From assembly GCA_965116215.1 (NCBI GenBank), contig OZ220494.1, positions 1,499,992 through 1,563,991 of the forward strand: a DNA stretch of 64,000 nucleotides, given 5' to 3'. Position numbers and translations under genes: made by a program. Numbering within the stretch: the stretch's first letter is position 1; each line of letters starts with the position of its first letter. Origin of the DNA: Bdellovibrionales bacterium (GTDB taxonomy: Bacteria; Bdellovibrionota; Bdellovibrionia; Bdellovibrionales; JAKFYE01). The notes under the pieces were generated by a model. That model was not told the DNA's origin. It did not search any database and worked only from the letters and a program-made list of their open reading frames with translations. Positions 1 through 9,104 of the stretch are shown here, piece after piece.

Positions 1-1343
1 TTGCTGAACCAGATGTTTCAGATTATGTTTTAGAAGATATTCGACCTGAGGATTTTTATCAAACCTCCCATAAGAAGATTTATGCCGTTATTCAAAAACT
101 GCAGCAAAAAATACAGCCCATCGATCTCATTACTGTTTCCAATGCCTTGAAGGACTTAGGTCAACTTGATGAAGTAGGGGGGACGGCTTATTTAGCTGAA
201 ATGGTCAATCAGACACCTTTATCTGGAAATATAGAGTCTTATGCAAAAATCATTAAAGAAAAATCTATTCTTAGAGACCTCATCTCTGTCAGCCAAAATA
301 TCGTAGAGAAAGCCTACGATTTGAATTTTGAAGACATAGAATCATTTTTAGATCAGGCCGAGACAGAAGTTTTTAATGTTGTAGAAAAAAAAGACACTCA
401 AGGCCTAGTGCCCATTAGTGAAATTGTTAAAACAAGCGTGAAGAAAATCGAAGATCTGTATGAGAAGAAAGTCGATATCACAGGTATATCTACAGGATTT
501 ACCGACTTAGATAGAATGACGGCTGGTCTTCAACCTGGAGAAATGGTCATTATTGCAGCTCGTCCTTCTATGGGGAAGACAGCTTTCAGCTTAAATCTGG
601 CCACTTATGCAGCTCTAAAACAAAAAAAGAAAGTCGCCTTTTTCTCTGTAGAAATGTCAAAAGAAAATCTTATGCTGAGGTTATTGGCTCTGGAATCTGA
701 AATCAGTATGTCTGATATGCGGGTAGGAAAGGTGCCCGATAAGTCATGGACAAAATTAATAGGAGCAGCCTCTCAATTAAGTAGTGCCGAGTTATATATT
801 GATGACTCATCAGGTGTGAGTCCTTACGAAATTCGTGCAAAATGCCGTCGACTGAAAAGACAACAGGGACTGGATATCATTATAGTGGATTATTTACAGA
901 TAATGGATCTCAAGCAGAAGGTTGAAAGCCGAGAGCGAGCTGTTTCTGAAATGTCTCGAATGTTAAAAGCTATTGCTAAAGAATTAAATGTCCCTGTTGT
1001 GGCTCTTGCACAACTTAATCGTGGAGTCGAAGGACGAACTGATCGTAGGCCTCTTCTTTCCGATCTAAGGGAATCAGGCTCTATTGAACAAGATGCTGAT
1101 GTTATTATGATGCTTTATCGTGAAGCCTATTATGAAAAAGCCAATTCAGAAGATAGTGGTATAGCAGAAGTGATTGTCAATAAACAAAGAAATGGTCCCG
1201 TTGGAACAGTGAGATTAGGCTGGTCTGCTCAATATGGCCGCTTTTCTAATTTGGCACCGGCAAGTTATGTTCCACCCCCTGAAAAGAAAAAAGAGTCTAA
1301 AAGTTCCCCGATACCTAATTTTGCCCCCCCTGGTCCATCATAA
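1..1343 (+). CDS. dnaB: Replicative DNA helicase DnaB (5' end truncated by window edge)
   Basis: The frame of ORF 147..1343 stays open back to nt 3 (AEPDVSDYVLEDIRPEDFYQTSHKKIYAVIQKL...), so the TTG at 147 is not the true start. Walker A ARPSMGKTAF, Walker B-like IIIVDYLQ, SGSIEQDADV and NKQRNGP are typical of DnaB. Confidence 0.92.
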   Translation, partial: AEPDVSDYVLEDIRPEDFYQTSHKKIYAVIQKLQQKIQPIDLITVSNALKDLGQLDEVGGTAYLAEMVNQTPLSGNIESYAKIIKEKSILRDLISVSQNIVEKAYDLNFEDIESFLDQAETEVFNVVEKKDTQGLVPISEIVKTSVKKIEDLYEKKVDITGISTGFTDLDRMTAGLQPGEMVIIAARPSMGKTAFSLNLATYAALKQKKKVAFFSVEMSKENLMLRLLALESEISMSDMRVGKVPDKSWTKLIGAASQLSSAELYIDDSSGVSPYEIRAKCRRLKRQQGLDIIIVDYLQIMDLKQKVESRERAVSEMSRMLKAIAKELNVPVVALAQLNRGVEGRTDRRPLLSDLRESGSIEQDADVIMMLYREAYYEKANSEDSGIAEVIVNKQRNGPVGTVRLGWSAQYGRFSNLAPASYVPPPEKKKESKSSPIPNFAPPGPS

Positions 1344-1578
1344 TATCTTGGGTACTATACAGTTTGTCATCTTGTTCCAATAAAATAAATCTAGCAGAAC
1401 GCTTCTACGGTTGTCTGTTGTTCCCTATTCACTAATGCCAAGAGGGAATACAAACCCATTTATTTTCAAAAAAGTTATTTAAGTGTAGGGGTGTAGGTCA
1501 CCCCACTCCATCAGAGATCAACTGAATACAAAACAGTCTATTTTCAACGAATTTATTCAATATAGGAGTTAAAAATCA

Positions 1579-2730
1579 TTAACATTTTGTCAAAGCGTTT
1601 TCTAAGTCGTTGATGAGATCTTCTTGATCTTCAATACCAATACTTAGTCGAATAAAAGATTCATTAATACCCAGCTTTTCTAATATTTCTTGAGGAATAC
1701 TGGCGTGGGTCATTATCCCTGGATGTTCTGCTAATGACTCAACAGCTCCTAAACTTTCTGCTAAAGAAAAAATTTTTAGAGATTCTAAAAAGTTTGTTGC
1801 TGTATTTAAACCCCCTTTAATATAAAAACCTATCATTCCCCCAAATCCGCTCATTTGTTTTTTGGCTAAGGCGTAATGAGGGTGTGAATTTAATCCTGGA
1901 TAAATAACATGCTCTACTTTGGAATGTTGATTTAAAAATTTAGAAATAGTTTCTGCATTTTTATTATGAGTTCTCATTCGTACAGCTAATGTTTTTAAAC
2001 TTCTTAAACATAAAAAGGAGTCAAATGGACTCTGTATACCTCCTATCGCATTTGATAGATAGGCTATTTTTTCTGCAAGCTGATCACATGCTGTCACAAC
2101 GGCCCCTCCAATAATATCACTATGTCCTGATATATATTTTGATGTGGAGTGATAAGAAATATCAGCCCCTAGTTCGAGGGGACGTTGAAAGTAAGGGCTC
2201 ATAAAAGTATTATCAACGACAGAAATTATATTTTTTGTCTTTGCAATATCTGTAATTTTACGAATATCGATTAACTTTAATAAGGGGTTTGTTGGTGACT
2301 CTATCCAAACCATTTTTGTATTAGGACGTATTTCTTTTTGAAAATCATCGGCGTGAGTGAAATCAATAAAAGAAAATTGAAATCCATTTTTTTTAAAAAC
2401 ATCATTGAATAATCGACGTGTTCCACCATAGAGATCATCACAACAAATGACATGATCTCCTGTGTTTAATAATTGTAACAAAGTTGCTGTAGCTGCACAT
2501 CCAGAGGCAAATGCAAAACCATATTTTCCAGACTCTAAATTAGCAAGGCAGTCTTCATAAGCTTTTCGAGTGGGATTACTCGTGCGTGAATACTCATAAC
2601 CCTTATGAATACCGGGTGATGATTGAACATAGGTCGACGATAGATATACAGGTGTTATAATAGCACTTGTGGTGGGGTCGGGAGCTTGACCAGAATGAAT
2701 AGCACGTGTATCAAACTTCAGATTTTTCAC
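1579..2730 (-). CDS. PLP-dependent Cys/Met metabolism enzyme (cystathionine gamma-synthase / gamma- or beta-lyase family)
   Basis: Family motifs ESPTNPLL, VVDNTF and HSTSKYISGHSD (PLP-binding Lys). The 383-aa length is typical. Exact specificity (MetB, MetC or CGL) cannot be told from sequence by eye. Confidence 0.85.
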   Translation of the reverse strand: MKNLKFDTRAIHSGQAPDPTTSAIITPVYLSSTYVQSSPGIHKGYEYSRTSNPTRKAYEDCLANLESGKYGFAFASGCAATATLLQLLNTGDHVICCDDLYGGTRRLFNDVFKKNGFQFSFIDFTHADDFQKEIRPNTKMVWIESPTNPLLKLIDIRKITDIAKTKNIISVVDNTFMSPYFQRPLELGADISYHSTSKYISGHSDIIGGAVVTACDQLAEKIAYLSNAIGGIQSPFDSFLCLRSLKTLAVRMRTHNKNAETISKFLNQHSKVEHVIYPGLNSHPHYALAKKQMSGFGGMIGFYIKGGLNTATNFLESLKIFSLAESLGAVESLAEHPGIMTHASIPQEILEKLGINESFIRLSIGIEDQEDLINDLENALTKC

Positions 2731-2819
2731 AGAAAAACTCCTTGTTAAAGATTTCTCATACCATGCTATTATAAGAAGTCATCGATTTTTTCATTTATTG
2801 ATAGGTTCATAGTAGGGAT

Positions 2820-3644
2820 CTACTCCAGAAATAAGGAGAGTAATCCCACGCCCCATAAGTAGTATGCAAAAAGATCAAATCGCCCTCTGTTTACAATTTT
2901 GAGGAGAGCCATTAGAGCAAAAACTCCTGTAAAATAGGCCGTGACAAAACCTGATATGAGAACCCATTTATCTACACTAGCCCAGTCAACATCTTTGAGT
3001 TCTAAGAGAGTTGCACCTAGTATAGAGGGCCCAGAGAGTAAAAAGCTAAAAACAACTGCCATTTTAGGTCTGATTCCGATCAACATCCCTCCAGCAATTG
3101 TTGCTCCGGATCGACTGATTCCAGGTGCAATGGCTAAACCTTGAAAAATGCCGACGAGTAGAGATTTCTTTATATTTAAACTCTTATGATCCTCTTCAGA
3201 TAATGTGTGAGGTGAAGATATATTCTGCGAGTGATACTTAGGTATCCACTGTGTTAAAAATAGTAAAATCCCTGTTGTCAGAAAGAAAAAACCTGTGGCC
3301 GTTAAACTGTTAAAAAAAGAATGAAAAGTATCTTTAAAGGAAAGGCCAATAAGTGCTGTAGGTAGAGACCCCAATCCGATCAAAAGGGTTAAATGTAACC
3401 CTTTTGTCATTTTCAATTCTGTTGAAGCTTTATATATATCATTAAATATCCATTGAAGTGTTTTAAAAAAAATAGTGATGACAGACAGGAGTGTGGCGAG
3501 GTGCACGATAACATCAAATGCAACATTATGTTTTTCTAGACCTAATAATTTTTGAAAAAGAACAAGATGACCAGAGCTTGAGATAGGAAAGAACTCTGTT
3601 AAACCTTGAATGAATCCTAAAACTATAGAATCAAAAATATCCAT
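2820..3644 (-). CDS. uppP: Undecaprenyl-diphosphatase (BacA/UppP)
   Basis: Polytopic membrane protein with the two BacA signatures GLTEFFPISSSGHL and PGISRSGATI. Confidence 0.9.
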   Translation of the reverse strand: MDIFDSIVLGFIQGLTEFFPISSSGHLVLFQKLLGLEKHNVAFDVIVHLATLLSVITIFFKTLQWIFNDIYKASTELKMTKGLHLTLLIGLGSLPTALIGLSFKDTFHSFFNSLTATGFFFLTTGILLFLTQWIPKYHSQNISSPHTLSEEDHKSLNIKKSLLVGIFQGLAIAPGISRSGATIAGGMLIGIRPKMAVVFSFLLSGPSILGATLLELKDVDWASVDKWVLISGFVTAYFTGVFALMALLKIVNRGRFDLFAYYLWGVGLLSLFLE

Positions 3645-3765
3645 AAGTACTTATCCTGAAGATGTCTTAAACAAGCCCTTATAAAATTCTTAGGGTGTAT
3701 AATGTAAAAGTATTTGTCTTAAAAGTGTATCTTAATAACAAGTGCTCAATATAATTATACAAGTA

Positions 3766-4758
3766 TCATTTTATATCTGAGTTAGCAAAGAAATCAGAGT
3801 CACTTATGGTCCTATGTGTGTTGGGCTGAAGTGTAATGGATAAGGTGCCTTTTTGTTTTGAAGATTCCCATATAATAGTGTGGGTGCCAGAGGGAAGCTC
3901 TAAAACTTGAGGGGTATAACCGATAATCTTTTGGTTGAGTTTAATTTTTATCCAATTTTTACTTGTAATAGTCAGTTCAGAATTACTTGTTCGAGCCTGA
4001 GAACTGATATCGGAAAAGAAAATGATAAAAACCAGAGCAACAGACCGTGCCAGATAGTGGATATATGACTTTTGGGGAACAACTTGTGTGAGAAACAGAG
4101 GTGATTTATTTGATGATTTCTTTTTTATAATCTTCTGAACTCTGTCTGATAAGCTGGATTTTATAGGAGAGATATGTTTTTGCAAATGAGACTTTATTTT
4201 TATTAAGCTATCTAAATCTGAATTTAAAGATGGAGGCTCTCCTTTTAAGCGTGAATCTGCTATAAAATCTGGATGTCCTCTGAGATACTTTAAACTCATC
4301 AATCCAAAATCAATGAGTTTTATATGGCCGCTTTTTGTTAGGAGAATATTTCCCGGATGAAGATCTCCATGACAGATTCCTGCTTTATCTAAATCCAATA
4401 ATCCCTTTTTTATGCATGTATGGATATAATCCATCTCTTTTGTTGTGATTTTAGAGTGCTGGATGAACTCTTCTAAAGAAATAGCCTCCAAATATTCCAT
4501 GACAATGGCTAGTTTTCCATTAAGACAATCCCAACCTAGAATACGAGCACAGAATTCACTATTAATATTCAACAGATTATCGAGTCTACGTCCCAATACT
4601 AAAATATCTTCTGGAAGATTTAAAAATTTTATAGCACATATTTGCTCCATACATCCAGCAGTGTCTTTCTTTAAAGCTTTATAGACACACCCACTGAGAC
4701 CTTGCCCTAAAAACTCAGTGAGATGATATTGAACGCTACTTTCTGCCAATGAACTCAT
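3766..4758 (-). CDS. Hanks-type Ser/Thr protein kinase with TM anchor and C-terminal PEGA-like domain
   Basis: Gly-loop GQGLSGCVYKA, Lys in AIKF, catalytic loop HGDLHPGNILL and DFGL. These are followed by a hydrophobic helix (VALVFIIFF) and a beta-rich tail (IGYTPQVLELPSGTHTIIWES) resembling PEGA. Confidence 0.75.
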   Translation of the reverse strand: MSSLAESSVQYHLTEFLGQGLSGCVYKALKKDTAGCMEQICAIKFLNLPEDILVLGRRLDNLLNINSEFCARILGWDCLNGKLAIVMEYLEAISLEEFIQHSKITTKEMDYIHTCIKKGLLDLDKAGICHGDLHPGNILLTKSGHIKLIDFGLMSLKYLRGHPDFIADSRLKGEPPSLNSDLDSLIKIKSHLQKHISPIKSSLSDRVQKIIKKKSSNKSPLFLTQVVPQKSYIHYLARSVALVFIIFFSDISSQARTSNSELTITSKNWIKIKLNQKIIGYTPQVLELPSGTHTIIWESSKQKGTLSITLQPNTHRTISDSDFFANSDIK

Positions 4759-5390
4759 AATGATCTATCTAGCCCTCTTATTTGCCAGTTTCCTATGCTT
4801 TTGGATAGTACAATCGGAGGCAACATAGTTCTCTGTTATTTATTAAGATGTGGCCTATCCTTTTATAAAGGTCTTATCTATGTCAAGATAACTCTCTTTA
4901 TGACTTGTCTATTTGTTTTTCTTTCTATGAAGTCTATAATTTAATCTTGATATAATGTTCATGAACTCCTATTTTCGAATAATTCACTCAATAGTTATAC
5001 TGCTATCAATGTTGTTAATAGAGATATTAAATTTTTTACTGTTGTAGGATATTTTTTCATTCTATTTGGTGTGTCCAACTTTCTAGTCCAGGCTTTTAAC
5101 TTGAATCGGAAAAGGATTTTTATCTTTACTATTAAAGTGGATTTTCCAAAGTGTAGGGCGTATGCCAGATGGAGATGAACTCATTCTATTCTTGATTCGA
5201 TCAAGCACTATCCCAATAAGCTTTTTAAGCTTCGTTGAAGACAATTTGTTCTATGCTTGACTACATCGAGAGGAGTATTCAGTTTACGCTTTTAGCCTGC
5301 GGTAGAGACAAGCTGGGACCCTCAGAGCTGTCTGAAATTTTGGAAGATTTAAGAAAAACTCTTTTCTCCTCTTATTTAATGAAAAGAGGT

Positions 5391-5822
5391 CTATGGAGTT
5401 TTTTCACGCCAGCGCAGGGGATGTTTAATGTGATCGGAATTTTGATATTCAATATCTAAAATTCTCTCAGTAAGAGGCTTTATACATTGACTTTTTTTAT
5501 CTAAAAGACTTCGCATTTCTTTTAATAAATAGAGATTATCTGTCTTTTCAAGTCCATTCAGACAGAGATCTTCAATATCAGGCATTTTAACCCCATATAT
5601 TTTGACCAGCTTTTGACAATGAAGAGGAACAATGGATAGCTTTCTTTCAGTCAAACAGAATTTTTCAAGTTTAATTTTTTCTAATGCGATACGGTTGTAT
5701 TTTATGACTTTCTCTACTGAGGAGGCATGGACAAGATTATAAGCCCAAGTATCATAGATATCCTTTGCCTCTACTTCATATATTGGAAGATAGAATAAAA
5801 TAACATACAAAAAAGATTTCAT
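5391..5822 (-). CDS. Hypothetical exported protein
   Basis: N-terminal signal-like segment MKSFLYVILFYLPIYEVEA. There is a 4-nt start/stop overlap with the upstream gene (5819..5822), suggesting translational coupling. No family recognised. Confidence 0.4.
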   Translation of the reverse strand: MKSFLYVILFYLPIYEVEAKDIYDTWAYNLVHASSVEKVIKYNRIALEKIKLEKFCLTERKLSIVPLHCQKLVKIYGVKMPDIEDLCLNGLEKTDNLYLLKEMRSLLDKKSQCIKPLTERILDIEYQNSDHIKHPLRWREKTP

Positions 5823-6247
5823 TGATTGATAGCCTTAATAAGAGATGTGATTAAGGGACCTATATATAATAGAAAAAACGCAGGGAGAGTTGTTAAAATC
5901 AAAGGGAGGTAAAGTTTTGTCGGGAGGAGTTTGTAGTGTAATTCAATACGATCATCTACCCACTGCGAAATCTCTATCTCTAATTCTTCTAAAGATTTTA
6001 TAATAGACTGCCCATTTAAACCCTGATGTAAAATTTCAAAAAGAGCCTCTCTATAGATAGATATATGATTATTTTTACTTTTTTCTGGATCTATTTCATG
6101 GGCGATATACCAACTTCTAATATCTTTTGAGAAGTCAGAAGTATGGGAGTCCAAATAATGAGATATGCCATTACGTAAAGAGTTTCCAGATATTAATTGA
6201 TCTAAAATATAAAGAATAAATCCATGTATGGGGGCTAAAGCTTCCAA
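5819..6247 (-). CDS. Hypothetical membrane protein, possible T2SS-F (TadC-like) domain
   Basis: The pattern REALFEILHQGLNGQSIIKSLEELEIEI followed by LPTKLYLPLILTTLPAFFLLYIGPLI resembles a GspF/TadC helical domain plus terminal TM. It overlaps both neighbours (operon). Confidence 0.35.
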   Translation of the reverse strand: MEALAPIHGFILYILDQLISGNSLRNGISHYLDSHTSDFSKDIRSWYIAHEIDPEKSKNNHISIYREALFEILHQGLNGQSIIKSLEELEIEISQWVDDRIELHYKLLPTKLYLPLILTTLPAFFLLYIGPLITSLIKAINQ

Positions 6248-7053
6248 GATATATGTCTCCCTATTTTATAAATCCAAAGCCAACTGACAGTAAATAAGGC
6301 TAGGGATGGAAATAAAAAGTATTTTACGTTTTCGTATTCGAACTGATTGATAACAAAAATAAGTACTGCAAAGTATAAAACACTCAAACAGATCAATTGA
6401 AAGTAGATGGGAGTCCTAAGTTGTCCGGACTTATGTCGAAAATTACGATTTTTTTTCAAGATATTTTTTAAAGACTCTAATCGTTTGATTGCATATTGTG
6501 GATTTTTTTTAATTTGAACCATATCATCAATGCATTTTTCAATGTAAGAGTCATGTTGTTTTGTACCATCGATAGAAGGATTTAGGATTTTATCTTTAAT
6601 AAATTGTAACTTTTTTTGTGAAAAAAGATCTGAAACACGAGTAGATTGTGTTATAGCTTCGGAAAAACAGTATCCACTTCGCATTTTTAAAATGATTTTT
6701 TCTAAAAAGTGACAAAAATTGTCTTCGAATGTTACGTATTTCATTCTTTTTAATAAAATATCAATCCATTTTGTTAGAATAATTGGCAAAAGGATCATAA
6801 AAACACTAAACACGTTGTGAATTGGGCGAAACATTCCAATAATTCCTAAATATATAAGAAAAGTGGTGTGAATACTCCAATACTGAGTATTGGATATGAT
6901 CCATTGAGTGCGTAAGTGTATTAAATACGGACAAAAATTCCGACATGCATAGATTATAGTTATTAAAATAAATATGTTGCTCATAAGTTTCATAAAAAAA
7001 TAAATGCAAAAATTAAGCTCAAGTTTAAACTTTATGTTGACGAACATAGTCAT
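6235..7053 (-). CDS. Hypothetical polytopic membrane protein, possible T2SS-F (TadB-like) domain
   Basis: N-terminal TM helices, then FLEKIILKMRSGYCFSEAITQ ... AIKRLESLKNILKKNRNFRHKSGQLRTPIYFQLICLSVLYF, which is like the GspF/TadB domain layout. The true start may lie downstream of 7053. Confidence 0.35.
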   Translation of the reverse strand: MTMFVNIKFKLELNFCIYFFMKLMSNIFILITIIYACRNFCPYLIHLRTQWIISNTQYWSIHTTFLIYLGIIGMFRPIHNVFSVFMILLPIILTKWIDILLKRMKYVTFEDNFCHFLEKIILKMRSGYCFSEAITQSTRVSDLFSQKKLQFIKDKILNPSIDGTKQHDSYIEKCIDDMVQIKKNPQYAIKRLESLKNILKKNRNFRHKSGQLRTPIYFQLICLSVLYFAVLIFVINQFEYENVKYFLFPSLALFTVSWLWIYKIGRHISWKL

Positions 7054-7120
7054 GCTTGTACACTTTTAGATAGAACGCTTCTTGAAGTGTCATTGAAGTT
7101 TAGAACCCATCCTAGGAGGA

Positions 7121-7339
7121 ATGATGGCAAAGAAGAGAAAAAAGAAAGCAGCAACTAAGAAAAAGGCTACGAGAAGAAAAGCTGCAAAGAAAAAAACAAC
7201 TCGTCGCCGAAAGAAAAAGGCCGTTAGCAAGAAAAGGGGGGGGGCAAAGAAAAAAACAGCTCGTCGCCGAAAGAAAAAAGCTGGTGGCAGAAAAAAAACT
7301 GCGAAGAAGAGAACTGTTCGTCGTCGCAAAAAGAAGTAA
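7121..7339 (+). CDS. Lys/Arg/Ala-rich histone H1-like small basic protein
   Basis: 72-aa ORF made almost only of K, R, A, T and G. AGGAGG lies at 7114..7119 ahead of tandem ATGs at 7121 and 7124, and a strong intrinsic terminator follows. The antisense ORF 7090..7329 is its mirror image. Confidence 0.6.
   Translation: MMAKKRKKKAATKKKATRRKAAKKKTTRRRKKKAVSKKRGGAKKKTARRRKKKAGGRKKTAKKRTVRRRKKK
7184..7280 (+). repeat. Internal direct repeat inside the H1-like gene (two 37-nt units, 60-nt period)
   Basis: gcaaagaaaaaaacaActcgtcgccgaaagaaaaagG (7184..7220) versus gcaaagaaaaaaacaGctcgtcgccgaaagaaaaaaG (7244..7280), with 2 mismatches. They encode AKKKTTRRRKKKA and AKKKTARRRKKKA. Confidence 0.85.
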
Positions 7340-7365
7340 GCAGCAAATTTCTATTGCTGTTAGAG

Positions 7366-7393
7366 CCCTTGGGTCCTACCCAAGGGTTTTTTT
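7366..7393 (+). terminator. Rho-independent terminator of the H1-like gene
   Basis: Perfect 8-bp stem cccttggg / cccaaggg with loop tccta, followed by T7 (7387..7393). Confidence 0.75.
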
Positions 7394-7440
7394 ATAGAGC
7401 CCCTCTCTTTTATATGGATGAGAAAAGGTATGTAGAATGC

Positions 7441-8253
7441 TTAGAGGGCAATTCTCGCTTTAATTCCCTCCTCTTGGAGGAACTTTTTTATAGCTTCTTT
7501 GTCTAATTCTTTTAGACGCCAGATCATCTCTTTTATTAATGAAAGAGTTTCCTCTGTTTCTTCAGATCGTAAACCGTGGCTTATTGCAGCGATATCCCCA
7601 CTGATTTGAACTATATTTTTTAGTAATTCCTTCAATTGCTTCTGATTAGATGTTTTTTCCAACAACATTAAGGTTTTATTAAAATGAATTACGAGACTTT
7701 CCATTGTCTTTATGGTGTTTGACATCTGTGCTTTGTTTTCTTCAAAGAAATTTATGAGTTGTTTTGCCAGCCCATAGGACTGTGAAAGAAATTGATCGAT
7801 GCGTGGAGGATCTTCTCCTCTAACAATATCTCCTGATTGTATATGTGGTGAATCCAGAGTTCCTGGAGAGACTTCAATATACTTTTCTCCTATAATACCT
7901 GCCAAATTAATATAAAAACGACTGTCTTTTCGTATAGAACTCCATGCCGATTTAGAAATAGATATTTTTATGTTAAGTTTGACTTCTTCACCACCTGGCA
8001 TTTTCATTTCTGGATGAAAAACAATATCCTCGACCTTTCCTGCTTTGATACCCATAACCCTTACCGGAGAGCCGACCTCTATCCCCCCTGCAAAATTATA
8101 CATAACATTTAATGTATATGGGCTTGAAAAAGGATTAAAGGCACCTAAAAGATAGGCAAAGCTCACAACAAGAGCAAATGTAAGAAAAAATAAAACTCCA
8201 ACTTTAGTTTCAATATTCATATTTGTTCCTATTTTAAAAATACCCTTTCTCAT
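7441..8253 (-). CDS. MlaD/MCE-domain substrate-binding protein with C-terminal helical extension
   Basis: N-terminal TM (VGVLFFLTFALVVSFAYLLG) and an MCE core (GGIEVGSPVRVMGIKAGKVEDI). It is the last gene of the ABC operon. Confidence 0.8.
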   Translation of the reverse strand: MRKGIFKIGTNMNIETKVGVLFFLTFALVVSFAYLLGAFNPFSSPYTLNVMYNFAGGIEVGSPVRVMGIKAGKVEDIVFHPEMKMPGGEEVKLNIKISISKSAWSSIRKDSRFYINLAGIIGEKYIEVSPGTLDSPHIQSGDIVRGEDPPRIDQFLSQSYGLAKQLINFFEENKAQMSNTIKTMESLVIHFNKTLMLLEKTSNQKQLKELLKNIVQISGDIAAISHGLRSEETEETLSLIKEMIWRLKELDKEAIKKFLQEEGIKARIAL

Positions 8254-8329
8254 TTAATTCTAAAACATTTAAGATACCCCTATAGAAAAACAAGAGCTTT
8301 TAAACCATCCTCTGTTTTGTCTTCATCTT

Positions 8330-9103
8330 TTAGTAGAACAGAGAAAATCCCCAAGATAAAATAAAATCTAAGACAATAATAGCCACTGAGCTGGTGACTA
8401 CGCTGTTAGTTGTAGATATCCCTACGCCTTCAGCCCCTGGTCGGCAGTGTAATCCGAAGTAACAACTTGTTAATGGAATAACAGCTCCAAAAATAGTCCC
8501 CTTGATTATAGCTAATAAAAAATCATTCATTCCTACAAAACGGCTCATAACAGATAAAAAAGTACCGTAGGTATAGCCTAATTTAAAATGGCTGACTAAC
8601 ATGGCACCAAGTAAACAGGTGGCATTAGAGATAACAGTGAGACATATGCCTGCCATGATGCACGCTATGAGTCGGGGGACAACAATAAATTGTATGGGGT
8701 CAATGTTTAACATTTTAAGGGCATCTATCTGCTCTGTAATTTTCATGCTTCCCACTTCAGCTGTAATGCCTGCACCCACCCGACTTGTTAAAAGTAAGGC
8801 GGCCAAAATCACTCCCAATTCTCTTAGAATTAATAAAGTGGCAAAGCCGGGAACCAGAGCGTCGTTTTTAATAACGAGTTTCATATGAAAAGAGGATTCA
8901 ATCACTATGACTATCGACGCAAAACTGACACAAAATACAATGATCCATAGGCTTTGATTGGAAATGTAATAAAATTGTTGTGTGATGTCTTTAAATCGTG
9001 GGCGAGTGGAGACTAAGATCCAAAGGGTTTGAGTGAGCAATGTGATGTATTTTTTGACCGCTTGAATTATCAATATCAAATATCTTCCTATTATAGAAAA
9101 CAA
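8330..9103 (-). CDS. MlaE/YrbE-family ABC permease (copy 2)
   Basis: Polytopic protein with the MlaE signature MKITEQIDALKMLNIDP. Confidence 0.85.
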   Translation of the reverse strand: MFSIIGRYLILIIQAVKKYITLLTQTLWILVSTRPRFKDITQQFYYISNQSLWIIVFCVSFASIVIVIESSFHMKLVIKNDALVPGFATLLILRELGVILAALLLTSRVGAGITAEVGSMKITEQIDALKMLNIDPIQFIVVPRLIACIMAGICLTVISNATCLLGAMLVSHFKLGYTYGTFLSVMSRFVGMNDFLLAIIKGTIFGAVIPLTSCYFGLHCRPGAEGVGISTTNSVVTSSVAIIVLDFILSWGFSLFY

Positions 9104-9104
9104 G

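Noticed and set aside
1344-1578. Hairpins between dnaB and the convergent PLP-enzyme gene (ttccct...agggaa; ggggtg-taggt-cacccc) as terminators
   Set aside because: The stems are short (6 bp) and are not followed by a clear T-run on either strand, so they are too weak to annotate.
2941-3144. Short plus-strand ORFs embedded in minus-strand genes (2941..3144, 4445..4684, 8601..8888, 9334..9744, 9816..10022, 11049..11342) and equivalents elsewhere
   Set aside because: They lie entirely antisense to or out of frame with genes that carry strong family motifs, so they are shadow ORFs.
5235-5459. 74-aa plus-strand ORF in the 630-bp gap upstream of the kinase gene
   Set aside because: It has no ribosome-binding site, overlaps the 3' end of the 5391..5822 gene on the other strand and has no recognisable motif. 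It is likely spurious.
7090-7329. 79-aa Phe/Arg-rich ORF on the minus strand
   Set aside because: It is the antisense mirror of the AAG/AAA-rich H1-like gene. It has no ribosome-binding site, and its composition is simply the complement of poly-Lys codons.
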